A stretch of DNA of 58,123 nucleotides from Candidatus Eiseniibacteriota bacterium (lineage in GTDB: Bacteria; Eisenbacteria; RBG-16-71-46; SZUA-252): NCBI GenBank assembly GCA_005893165.1, contig VBOR01000088.1, positions 1 to 58,123 of the forward strand, read 5' to 3'. Positions 41,931-50,867 of this stretch are shown here, piece after piece. The translations under genes and the position numbers were made by a program. Each line of letters opens with the position of its first letter. Positions within the stretch are counted from its first letter, which is position 1. Below the pieces are notes generated by a model. The model worked only from the letters and a program-made list of their open reading frames with translations, was not told the DNA's origin and did not search any database.

Positions 41931-43223
41931 GCGATCCTACGGAGCGCCGCCACGCACTCGATGTGGGGGGTGTGCGGGAACATGTCCACGGGCTGGATCC
42001 ACTCGGTCGCGTAGCGCCGCTCGCAGAGGAGCCCCAGGTCGCGCCCCAGCGTGCTCGGGTTGCAGGAGATGTAGACGAGCTTGGGGGCTCCCAGCTCCAC
42101 GAGACTCCGGATCACGCCGGGGTGAAGGCCCGCGCGCGGCGGGTCCACGAGCACGGCGTCGAAGGAGGGGCTGACGCTCGCGTCAGCATCTCCGGCCCCT
42201 GGCGAGCCCACGTGCAGTCGCTCGCGCATCACCTCCAGGGCCTCTCCGGTCCAGAACCGCGCGTTCCGGATTTCATTTCTCGCCGCGTTCCTCTCGGCGT
42301 CGCGGACGGCGATCGCCGAAGATTCGATTCCGATCGCCTCGGCCGCGCGCTTCGCGAGCGGGAGCGTGAACGTTCCGGTGCCCGAATAGACGTCCAGCAC
42401 GCGCTCCGAGCCGCCGAGCGCCAAGGCCTCGAGCGCCGTTTCGAGAAGCCGTTCCGCCTGCTTCGTGTTGGTCTGGAAGAAGGAATTCGAAGAGATCTCG
42501 AACGTGAGGCCGCCCAGCACTTCGGAGATCGTGGCCTTGCCCGCGAGGAGGCGCTCCTCCTCTCCCACGGCGACCTGGGCTTTCCGGCGCGTCAGGTTCA
42601 GAACCACGCTCTGGACCGATGGAAAGCGCCCGCGAAGCTCCGCCGCGAGCCGCTCGAGGGCGGGATGCGATTCGCCGGCCACGAGGTTCACCATGACCTC
42701 GCCCGTACGGATTCCCTCCCGTACCACGAGGAACCGCAGAAGTCCCGTGTGCCGCCTCAAATCGTAGGGCTGGAGATTCTCGCGACGGGCGAAATCGCGG
42801 GTGAAGGCCACGATCTCGCTCGAGACCGGGGTTGCGATGAAGCAGCGCTCGAGGTCGAAGGGCTTGTCGTAGAACCCGCGGCGGTGAAGGCCCAGCGTGA
42901 GCGCGCCCTTCTCGTCCCGGCCGAAGCTGTACTCCATCTTGTTCCGGTAGTGGAACCGCTCGTCCGCGGCCAGGACCGGCCGGATGGCGGCCCGCACCCT
43001 CCCCAGGTGCTCGAGGCACCCTTCCACCTGCCGCTGCTTGTGCCGGAGCTGGCCGGCGCCTCCGGTAAATCGTGGCGATCACGCGATCTCCGGGGAGCGC
43101 ATTCTCGACGAACATCACGAGTCCGTTCACCTTGGAAAGCGCGTTCCCGCCGAACGCCAGATCGGTGACTTGAAGCTCCAGGGTGGCTCCACGGCGAAGG
43201 TGGACGGTGGGATCCGAAGGCAT
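41927..43223 (-). pseudogene. RlmD/RumA-type 23S rRNA (uracil-C5)-methyltransferase, interrupted by an internal deletion plus frame change at about 43050-43068
   Basis: The TRAM domain is in one frame: MPSDPTVHLRRGATLELQVTDLAFGGNALSKVNGLVMFVENALPGDRVIATIY. The rest is in another (ORF 41927..43027 and upstream): GGAGQLRHKQRQVEGCLEHLG...YRNKMEYSF...VLDVYSGTGTFTLPLA...DPPRAGL...DMFPHTPHIECV. Confidence 0.8.
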
Positions 43224-43380
43224 ACCAAGGGACTGCGGCCTCGGCGTCAGTGCAGGGGGGTTCAGCTCAGGCGTTTCCATCCACGGAGTCTACACCATCG
43301 ATTCCGCTCAGGATGAGCCCCTCGAATACCGAAACTGTATGCGACACGGCAGATTGCCGTGGTGACCCGAGGGACTGTCG

Positions 43381-44610
43381 ATGGGCTCCAGGCGGGATTT
43401 CGTTCAGGGAAGAACGACCGTTCGCCTTGCCGGCGCGATGCTCGTGCTCGCGGGTCTCCTTGGCGTCCCGGCGCGCGGCGCGTGCTCCTCGGCCGGGCCG
43501 GTCAACTTCTCGGGCAATCTCGACCTCGTCTATGTCACGCGTCCGAACGAGACGGGCATCAACTTCAATATGTACGGGGAGAACCCCTTCCACTCCGCGC
43601 GCATTCGCCTCTTTGCCGATGCCCCCATCCAGGACCACGTCCACGTCTTCACCGAGTTCTTCTACGACGACGATGCGATGTTCGCGCGCCTCTTCGGCGG
43701 CTTCGTCCGGCTCTCGGATCCGAAAGGGAGGGACCTCCACCTGGAGGCCGGGAAGATACCGCTCCACGTCGGCGCCTTTCCCAACCGTTCCTACGCGCAC
43801 AAGAACAACCTCATCGGGTCGCCACTCATGTACCAGTACAAGACGGACGTCCGGAACGATCAGGTCCCGACGACCGCGGAGGACATCGTGGCGAACCGCG
43901 GCCTGGGGTACAGGACGAGCTTCCTCACGCCGGGGCTCACGGGCGTGGGATACGACGGGGGGAGCGCCACGCCGGTCATGTACGAGAACTGCTGGGATTT
44001 CGGTCTCGTGGCTCTGGGCACGGTGGCGCCGTTCGAGTTCGCGGCCGGGGTGACGAACGGCACGGTCGGCGCACCGGTCATGAGCGACGACAACGACGGC
44101 AAGCAGATCCTGGGCAGGATCGGATTCGTGCCCGCGCCCTGGCTCCGCGCGGGCATCTCCGGAGCGCGCGGGCCCTATCTGCAGAGCGGCCTGAACGAAG
44201 ACCTCCCGCCCGGACACACGGTGGACGAATACATGCAGGTCTTGCTGGGCTCCGACCTCGAGCTCTCCTACAGCCATGGCGTCCTCTATTCGGAATATGT
44301 CCGGAACCGCTTCGAGTCTCCCTTCGTCGGAAATCTCAACATGCAAGCCTGGTACGTCGAGGGCAAGTGGACGGTCCTTCCGGGTTGGTATGTCGCGGGG
44401 CGATACGACCGGATGGTCTTCGACGATCTCAAGCTCGCCGCCGGTGGCGTCGCTGCCTGGGACGCGGACGTCTGGAAGCGGGAGATCGGAATCGGATTCA
44501 AGCCTTCGGGGAGCCTGGTCGCCAAGCTCGTGCATCAGCAGTCCCAGGTCAACGTCGCTCCGGCCCGGGTCCGCTCGTTCGCGGCGGCACAGCTCTCGGT
44601 GGCGTTCTGA
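43381..44610 (+). CDS. Outer-membrane beta-barrel (porin-like) protein
   Basis: Signal peptide, alternating amphipathic strands, Tyr/Gly/Asn-rich composition, and the C-terminal OMP signature ...AAAQLSVAF. Confidence 0.6.
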   Translation: MGSRRDFVQGRTTVRLAGAMLVLAGLLGVPARGACSSAGPVNFSGNLDLVYVTRPNETGINFNMYGENPFHSARIRLFADAPIQDHVHVFTEFFYDDDAMFARLFGGFVRLSDPKGRDLHLEAGKIPLHVGAFPNRSYAHKNNLIGSPLMYQYKTDVRNDQVPTTAEDIVANRGLGYRTSFLTPGLTGVGYDGGSATPVMYENCWDFGLVALGTVAPFEFAAGVTNGTVGAPVMSDDNDGKQILGRIGFVPAPWLRAGISGARGPYLQSGLNEDLPPGHTVDEYMQVLLGSDLELSYSHGVLYSEYVRNRFESPFVGNLNMQAWYVEGKWTVLPGWYVAGRYDRMVFDDLKLAAGGVAAWDADVWKREIGIGFKPSGSLVAKLVHQQSQVNVAPARVRSFAAAQLSVAF

Positions 44611-45287
44611 TGCGGACCGCACTCTTCGTTCTCGTGGCGATGCTGCTCGCGGTCGCGCTCGTCGCGGCCGAGCCCGCCCTCGCGGGGGTGATCGAAGGAT
44701 CGGTCGCGCTCACGCCCGCCGACCTCGCGATCCATGACAACTCCAGGCCGAACCCGTACGTGGGGCAGCTCAGCGCCTCGGCCAGCGTCGCGGCCGCGGC
44801 GGCCGCGGTGGACACGGTGTATGGCATCGCCTGGGTCGCGGACCTCCCGCCGGAAGCCGGAGTGGCGCGCCCGCCCGCCCGGATGGATCAGCTGGGGCAG
44901 CGCTTCGTTCCGCGCGTTCTCGTGATCGTCGCGGGGCAGGAGGTCGAGTTCCACAACAGCGACAACGTCTTTCACAACATCTTCTCCTACTCGCCCCCCA
45001 AGAAGTTCGACCTGGGACGTTACCCGAAGGGCAGATCGCGCAGCGTGACCTTCGTGAAGCCGGGAGCCGTGCAGGTCTACTGCGACATTCATTCCGATAT
45101 GCGGGGCGACATCATCGTGGCTCCCACGCGGCGATTCGCGCGGATCGGCCCCGGGGGCTCGTTCCGGATCGAGGACGTTCCACCCGGAGACCACACGGTC
45201 AAGGTCTGGCTCAGCTCGGGCACGCGCTCGACCGCGGTCCAAGTACCCGAGCGAGGAACCGCGACCCTCTCCACCCTGATGCCATGA
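44610..45287 (+). CDS. Periplasmic cupredoxin-like (blue-copper ligand set) protein with a CarboxypepD_reg-like domain
   Basis: It is the C-terminal part of ORF 43359..45287, starting at ATG 44610 (one base shared with the upstream TGA). Signal peptide MRTALFVLVAMLLAVALVAAEPALA. Ligand-like residues EFHNSD and YCDIHSDM, giving a His ... Cys-x2-His-x2-Met pattern. Tail FRIEDVPPGDHTVKVW. Confidence 0.6.
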   Translation: MRTALFVLVAMLLAVALVAAEPALAGVIEGSVALTPADLAIHDNSRPNPYVGQLSASASVAAAAAAVDTVYGIAWVADLPPEAGVARPPARMDQLGQRFVPRVLVIVAGQEVEFHNSDNVFHNIFSYSPPKKFDLGRYPKGRSRSVTFVKPGAVQVYCDIHSDMRGDIIVAPTRRFARIGPGGSFRIEDVPPGDHTVKVWLSSGTRSTAVQVPERGTATLSTLMP

Positions 45288-47203
45288 CGCCGCTGCGGCT
45301 GCCCAGGCCGAGCGTCTCTCTCGCCGTCAAGATCGCGGCGACCACCTCCCTCCCGATCCTCGCCGTGCTCGTCACGGCGCTTCTCGCCGTGAACTCCCGC
45401 GTCGCCGCGCAGCAGAACCGCACCGTGACCGCGGACCTCGCGCGCGCGGCCCTCTCCTTCGAGAAGCAGATGGCACGTCAGGGAGAGGACCTGAAGCGGA
45501 TCGGAACGGTCGTGACGCGGGATCCCAAGTTCTTCGCGATGTTCACGCTGCCCAAGTCGGACCGGGGCTCGGAGGATTATCAGCAGACCCTGGCCGGCGT
45601 GGCCGCCGACTTCCAGCACGACACCGAGGCGCCGATCTTCGACGTGACGGACGACGCGGGCGTCATCCTCGCGCGAGCCGGACGCCCCGGTCAGTACGGC
45701 ATCGACATCTCGCGATCGAGCCTCATCCGCGAGGCGCTCGCGAGGCGCCCGGCCAGCGGGTACGTCATGGAGGGGCGGAGTGCGTACCGGGTCGCCGTCC
45801 TCCCGATCGTGGTGGGCGGGTCGCTCGTGGGCACGCTGACTCTGGGGAAGAGCGTCGATCTGGCGCTGGCCCAGGCCCTGAAGGAGACGACGCGGAGCGA
45901 GGTCGTGTTCACGGTGGACGGCGAGATCATTTCCAGCACGGTCCCCGAATCGCCCCTGCGCGCGATTCTGCGAGAGAAGGCGCGCGAGTGGCGCGATCGG
46001 GAAGCGAAGCGCGGGATCCTTCCTCTGGGCGCCACGCTCGAGGTGGTGCCTTCCCCGAACGAGCGGTTCCTGGCGCTCCGCGGCGAGGTGTCCGGCCTCG
46101 AGATGGGCGGGAGTCTGAGCTACGTCCTGCTTCGCTCCCTCGATCAGGAGACGGCGATGGTGAGACGGATCGGCGCCGATCTTCTGTGGGTGGGCGCCGC
46201 CGCGGCGGTCCTCGCCCTTCTGCTCGGCCTCGGAATCGCGGCCGGAGTCACGCGGCCGATCCGGCGCCTCGTCCAGGCCGCGAACGAGATGCGGGTCGGA
46301 AACTACGATTTCCCGCTGGACGTGCGCTCGAGGGACGAGATGGGGCGGCTCGCCGAGGATTTCGAGGCGATGCGCGCGTCGCAGCGGAGCGAGATCCAGA
46401 GGCTGGGGGAGATCGACCGGATGAAATCCAACTTCATCGCGATCGCGTCCCACGAGATCGTCACGCCGGTCACGATGATCAAGGCCTATGCGGAGATGAT
46501 CGGGGGCGGCGCGCTGGGCCCGGTGACCGAGAACCAACGCGAGGGTCTTGCCGCGATCGGCCGCGGTACGGCGACCCTGACGCGCCTGGCCCGCGATCTG
46601 ACCGACATGTCGCTCCTGGACCGGGATCAGCTGCCCGCGAACTTCGAGCCTTCGGACCTCGGCGAGATCCTCGAGGAGATCGCCGTGCAGGTTTCCCCCT
46701 TCGTCACCCAGCGGAATCAGCAGCTTTCGATCAGCGTGGAAACCGGGCTCGTCCATCCGCGCATCGACCGCGACTATCTGGGTCAGGCGATCCTGAACGT
46801 CGTGATGAACGCGGTTCGCTTCACCGCCGACGGCGGGGCCGTCGACCTCTCGACGAAGCGCGTGCCTGACGGGGCGGAGATCGCGGTCACGGACACCGGG
46901 ATCGGGATCCCCAAGGAGGACCAGGAGAAGATCTTCGCGAGGCTGGTCGAGCTGAAGGACATCAACCTCCATTCCTCCGGAACCGCGGAATTCAACTCGT
47001 CGGGCCTCGGGCTGGGCCTCTCGATCGCCCGCGGCATCGTCGAGGCGCACGGAGGAACGATCCGAGTCGAGAGCGAGGTGGGGAAGGGCAGCACCTTCCG
47101 GATCCTGCTTCCGTTCATGCCAGAGAGCACGGCCCCCGGGAAGGGGACCGGCGCTTCGGGAGACTCCGCGAGACAACTCCGCCAGACATCTTCAGTCAAT
47201 TAA
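45284..47203 (+). CDS. Sensor histidine kinase (two TM segments, periplasmic domain, HAMP, HisKA, HATPase_c)
   Basis: ATGA overlap with the upstream gene. HAMP RPIRRLVQAANEMRVGNYDF, H-box SNFIAIASHEIVTPV, N-box LNVVMNAVRFT, G-boxes DTGIGIP and GLGLSIARGIVEAHGG. Confidence 0.9.
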   Translation: MTPLRLPRPSVSLAVKIAATTSLPILAVLVTALLAVNSRVAAQQNRTVTADLARAALSFEKQMARQGEDLKRIGTVVTRDPKFFAMFTLPKSDRGSEDYQQTLAGVAADFQHDTEAPIFDVTDDAGVILARAGRPGQYGIDISRSSLIREALARRPASGYVMEGRSAYRVAVLPIVVGGSLVGTLTLGKSVDLALAQALKETTRSEVVFTVDGEIISSTVPESPLRAILREKAREWRDREAKRGILPLGATLEVVPSPNERFLALRGEVSGLEMGGSLSYVLLRSLDQETAMVRRIGADLLWVGAAAAVLALLLGLGIAAGVTRPIRRLVQAANEMRVGNYDFPLDVRSRDEMGRLAEDFEAMRASQRSEIQRLGEIDRMKSNFIAIASHEIVTPVTMIKAYAEMIGGGALGPVTENQREGLAAIGRGTATLTRLARDLTDMSLLDRDQLPANFEPSDLGEILEEIAVQVSPFVTQRNQQLSISVETGLVHPRIDRDYLGQAILNVVMNAVRFTADGGAVDLSTKRVPDGAEIAVTDTGIGIPKEDQEKIFARLVELKDINLHSSGTAEFNSSGLGLGLSIARGIVEAHGGTIRVESEVGKGSTFRILLPFMPESTAPGKGTGASGDSARQLRQTSSVN

Positions 47204-47455
47204 CCGCGACACACTCAATCGCCGCACATACAGCGACTTAAGACATCAGCCCCAAAGGCGTCCTCGATAATTGTCTGTTTAGCGTTTCACCGAGCTACAC
47301 CGGACCGCATTTCGCACTGCCCCTATGCTGCTGTAAGACAAACACCTACGGGCCAAGTTTTGCCGCTCATTGCAAATGGCACGGCGGCTGCTCTTACGTC
47401 CGGGCGTAGGCAGGCAGGAAGGTCGGAAGGAAACCCAAAAGAAGCGAGGTGAGTG

Positions 47456-47536
47456 ATGGCACTTCTTCTCCCGATTCTCGTGATCATCGCGTTCGCAGGC
47501 ACCGTTCCTCCGCCTCCGGGCAAGGCTGGCTGGTAA
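47456..47536 (+). CDS. Small ORF A, 26 aa: MALLLPILVIIAFAGTVPPPPGKAGW
   Basis: Below the ORF-track cut-off and hand translated. GAGGTG lies 4 nt upstream of the ATG. Its paralogue at 47623 differs almost only at synonymous sites. Confidence 0.6.
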   Translation: MALLLPILVIIAFAGTVPPPPGKAGW

Positions 47537-47622
47537 GCGAAAGCACGGAAGCACCGAACACCGAACACCGGATTCGAAGACGGACCGAAGCAAGAGAAGC
47601 ACACGAAGGGGGGTGAAGACAG

Positions 47623-47703
47623 ATGGCGCTGCTACTTCCGATTCTCGTGATCATCGCGTTCGCAGGTACCGCTCCACCGCCGCCCGGCAAGGCCGGCTGG
47701 TAG
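47623..47703 (+). CDS. Small ORF B, 26 aa: MALLLPILVIIAFAGTAPPPPGKAGW
   Basis: Hand translated. A G-rich SD (AAGGGGGG) lies about 9 nt upstream. Against ORF A there are 9 synonymous third-position differences and 1 V/A difference. Confidence 0.6.
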   Translation: MALLLPILVIIAFAGTAPPPPGKAGW

Positions 47704-47936
47704 GAGGCAAGATCCGGCGCCTTCGAGCCGGAGCAGTACCGGGCGCAGGTAGGGCGAACTCCTGCGATTTCCGGAATAGGCTAAAAGATCGATGGGCCAT
47801 CAGTAGGCTTCCCCTGGTGGCCTTTCGATTTTGGGGGCGTAACGGGGGGGCGAACTGGCCAGCGGGCGGGAAGCTGTGATACCGTGGGCCTTCGTCCCCT
47901 CGCCCTTTTCCTTCCCCGTGGAAAGGATCGCCCCGG

Positions 47937-50474
47937 ATGAGCAAGCGACCGATGTCCGAGATCGGCCGGATGCTCGAATGCGACATACCCTCGGTGATGC
48001 CGGTGCTCCCTCTCATGAGCACCGTCGTGTTTCCCCTGGGGGTTACATCGATCCAGATCCGCCTGGAGCAATCGAAGGCCCTTCTTCGCGACCACTCCGA
48101 GCCCGACCGGCTCATCGCCCTCGTCTATAGCCCGGCCAAGCGGGAAGGGGACCTGAACCCCGACCAGCTCAGCAAGATCGGCCTGGCCGCGCGCATCATC
48201 CGAATCCTCAACATGCCCAGCGGCAACGTCCAGGTCACCCTGGAGGGGCTGCGCCGCATCGGGGTCGAGGAGATCGTGCGCTCCGAGCCCTATCTCGAGG
48301 CCCGGGTTTCCTGTCCACCGGAGCCCACGGTCGACCCGGCCCGCGTGAGCGTCCTCGCGACCCGAATCCTGGCGTTGCTCAGGACCATCTCGCAGCTGGA
48401 CCACTTCTACCCCTCCGAGATGGAAAACGTGTTCAGCATGAACCTTGGGGATCCCGGGCTCTTCGCGGACACGGTCGCCTCCATCGTGCGGCTCCCCGTC
48501 GAGACGAAGCAGCGCGTGATCGAGACCCTGGACGTCGGCGAGCGTCTCCTCCTCGTGGCGGAGGCCGTCGAAAGCGAGGTGGGGCGTCTCAGCGTCGCCG
48601 AGGACGTGGTGCGGCGCACCTCGGCGAACGTGGAGAAGAACCAGCGCGAGTTCTTCCTCCGCCAGCAGCTCACGGAGATCCGCCGCCAGCTCGGGGACGA
48701 GGATCCTCAAGAATTGCTGGTGCGGCAGATCCTGGACCGGGCCGACGGACTGAATCTGCCTCCCCATGTCCATTCCGTCGTGTACGAGGAGGCGAACCGC
48801 CTTCGGTACCTGGCGCCGACCACGCAGGAGGCGGGCGTCATCCGCAACTACATCGAATGGCTGCTGTCGCTGCCCTGGAGCCGGCCGGTGCGCAAGCCGA
48901 TCGACCTCGAGGAGGTCACGAAGAGCCTCAACGCGGAGCACTTCGGTCTCGACAAGGTGAAGGAACGGATCCTCGAATACCTGGCGGTGCTCAAGCTGAA
49001 GAACGATTCCAGGGGACCGATCCTCTGCTTCGCCGGGCCGCCGGGCACCGGGAAGACCTCGCTGGGGAGCTCCATCGCCCGGGCGTTGGGGCGGGACTTC
49101 GTGCGCATGAGCGTGGGCGGCGTTCGGGACGAGGCGGAGATCCGGGGGCACCGCCGCACCTACATCGGCTCCCGCCCCGGCAAGATCATCCGCAGCCTCC
49201 GCGACATCCACAGCAGCAACCCCGTGTTCATGATCGACGAGATCGACAAGCTGGGGCACGACTCCCAGGGGGATCCGGCCTCGGCGCTCCTCGAGGTGCT
49301 GGACCACGAGCAGAACGCCCATTTCGTGGACCACTACATCGAGATCCCGTTCGATCTCTCGGAAGTGCTCTTCATCACCACCGCGAACGTGCTCGACTTC
49401 ATTCCCACGCCCCTCCTCGACCGAATGGAAGTGATCCAGATCCCCGGCTACATGGACGCGGAGAAGATCGAGATCGCGAAACGGCATCTCATTCCGCGCG
49501 CCGCGCGGGAGCACGGCCTGAACGAAGGGGACATCACCTTCGATGACGCGGCCATCGTCAAGATGATCCGCGAGTACTCGCGCGAGGCGGGAGTCCGCCA
49601 GCTGGAGCGCGCCATCGAGACCGTGTGCCGGAAGTGCGCGCGCCAGAGGACCACGGGGTACACGGGTACCTGGTCCTTCGACGAGGCCGACGTCGAGAAG
49701 CTCCTCGGGCCCCCGTACGTGCTTCCGGAGATGGCGGAGGGTCACGCCGAGGTGGGCGTGGCGACCGGGCTCGCGTGGACGACGACCGGAGGGGATCTTC
49801 TCCTCATCGAATCCTTGAAGATGCGCGGCGCCGGCCGCGTGATCGTCACGGGACAGCTGGGGGACGTCATGAAGGAGTCGGTGCAGGCGGCGCACAGCTA
49901 CGTGCGGGCCCGGGCCGAGCTGCTCGGGATCGACCCCGAGGTGTTCGACGACTACGACCTCCACATCCATTTCCCCGAAGGCGCCGTGCCCAAGGACGGG
50001 CCCTCCGCGGGGATCACGATCGTGATGGCCATCGCCTCCGCCCTGGCCGAGGCGCCGATCCGGAACGACGTGGCCATGACGGGAGAGGTGACCTTGCGCG
50101 GTAAGGTCATCGCGGTCGGGGGGCTGAAAGAAAAGATCATGGCGGCGTACCGTGCCGGCATCAAGACGGTCGTGTTTCCCGCGGACAACCAGAAGGACAT
50201 CGTGGAGGTCCCCGAGTCGGTGCAATCCAACATGACCCTCGTCCCCGTGAGCGCGGTGGACGAGGTCTTTCGCTATGCCTTCGTCGGAGTGGCGGAGCGC
50301 ATTGCCGAGCTCGAGGCGCGCAAGGCCGCCGGCGGGAAAGCTTCGGCCAAGGCGAAGAAGAAGCGGAAGCACAAGCGCATCAATTCGAAGAAGAAGAACC
50401 GGCGTCCGGAGCCCGTGCTTCGCCAGAAGGCGGCGAGGGAGCGCTCCCCCCGGAACCACCGGGGAGGGCGCTAG
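47937..50474 (+). CDS. lon: ATP-dependent Lon protease
   Basis: 845 aa. LON N-domain, Walker A GPPGTGKTS, Walker B VFMIDEIDK, catalytic Ser context PKDGPSAGIT, and a Lys-rich C-terminal tail. Confidence 0.95.
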   Translation: MSKRPMSEIGRMLECDIPSVMPVLPLMSTVVFPLGVTSIQIRLEQSKALLRDHSEPDRLIALVYSPAKREGDLNPDQLSKIGLAARIIRILNMPSGNVQVTLEGLRRIGVEEIVRSEPYLEARVSCPPEPTVDPARVSVLATRILALLRTISQLDHFYPSEMENVFSMNLGDPGLFADTVASIVRLPVETKQRVIETLDVGERLLLVAEAVESEVGRLSVAEDVVRRTSANVEKNQREFFLRQQLTEIRRQLGDEDPQELLVRQILDRADGLNLPPHVHSVVYEEANRLRYLAPTTQEAGVIRNYIEWLLSLPWSRPVRKPIDLEEVTKSLNAEHFGLDKVKERILEYLAVLKLKNDSRGPILCFAGPPGTGKTSLGSSIARALGRDFVRMSVGGVRDEAEIRGHRRTYIGSRPGKIIRSLRDIHSSNPVFMIDEIDKLGHDSQGDPASALLEVLDHEQNAHFVDHYIEIPFDLSEVLFITTANVLDFIPTPLLDRMEVIQIPGYMDAEKIEIAKRHLIPRAAREHGLNEGDITFDDAAIVKMIREYSREAGVRQLERAIETVCRKCARQRTTGYTGTWSFDEADVEKLLGPPYVLPEMAEGHAEVGVATGLAWTTTGGDLLLIESLKMRGAGRVIVTGQLGDVMKESVQAAHSYVRARAELLGIDPEVFDDYDLHIHFPEGAVPKDGPSAGITIVMAIASALAEAPIRNDVAMTGEVTLRGKVIAVGGLKEKIMAAYRAGIKTVVFPADNQKDIVEVPESVQSNMTLVPVSAVDEVFRYAFVGVAERIAELEARKAAGGKASAKAKKKRKHKRINSKKKNRRPEPVLRQKAARERSPRNHRGGR

Positions 50475-50491
50475 TCCTCGCTTCGTTCCAT

Positions 50492-50860
50492 CTACCTCCT
50501 CGCACGGTTCAGCATCGAATCCGCGAGACTCCACGCCGCCAGGATCAGTACCGGCCAGGTCACGTCGAAGAAGCTCCGCCGGTCGAAGAACACCCACGCC
50601 ATCCCGACGAGAATGATCAGGAACCAGAGCGCGCGATAGATCACCCCCGGCAGGATTCCCCGAGGGCCGAACAGGGAAGGGATCATCCCGGTCGTGGCGT
50701 GGGCCGACGATACCGTGCGCGTGAACCCCACGAAGTACATGGCCATCCCCGCGAGGATCCCCTGGGTGAGATCGGGAGACCACCTCGGAGGAAAGAGCGC
50801 GAAGGCCGCGCAGCCGATTCCGATGAGCGCCACGAATACCGGGATCCAGGAAGGTCGCAT
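50492..50860 (-). CDS. Hypothetical integral membrane protein (about 4 TM segments)
   Basis: 122 aa with four hydrophobic spans. I recognise no family. Its start lies 7 nt after the upstream lipoprotein stop. Confidence 0.55.
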   Translation of the reverse strand: MRPSWIPVFVALIGIGCAAFALFPPRWSPDLTQGILAGMAMYFVGFTRTVSSAHATTGMIPSLFGPRGILPGVIYRALWFLIILVGMAWVFFDRRSFFDVTWPVLILAAWSLADSMLNRARR

Positions 50861-50867
50861 GGCCCTC

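Noticed and set aside
47376-47456. A third 27-codon ORF (MARRLLLRPGVGRQEGRKETQKKRGE) overlapping the start of small ORF A by one base. It shares ATGGCAC and a GCGTnnGCAGGCA stretch with the peptide genes.
   Set aside because: The peptide is unrelated (basic and hydrophilic). Third-position bias is weak, there is no paralogue to show selection, and the spacing (80 nt) does not match the 167-nt repeat unit. It may be a decayed copy or chance. Evidence is insufficient to call it.
47537-47622. Short tandem CACCGAA CACCGAA CACCG in the spacer between the two small ORFs. Checked for a CRISPR-like or satellite repeat.
   Set aside because: There are only about 2.5 copies of a 7-mer, with no repeat-spacer periodicity and no cas genes. 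It is not an array.
47781-50783. 1000-aa minus-strand ORF. Similar long ORFs include 28462..30861 (-), 25750..27705 (-), 21296..22873 (-), 23379..24476 (-), 45089..47176 (-), 43267..44622 (-), 2439..4460 (+), 34073..35803 (+), 39536..42014 (+) and 51231..53261 (+).
   Set aside because: They run antisense to, or out of frame with, genes carrying unambiguous catalytic motifs: lon, gyrA, gyrB, dnaA, dnaN, the histidine kinase, the porin-like gene, the PPIase and mfd, the M23 peptidase, the M16 pair, and the 931-aa protein. Their translations are Arg/Pro/Gly-rich low-complexity sequences. This is the usual stop-codon-poor shadow-frame effect in high-G+C DNA.
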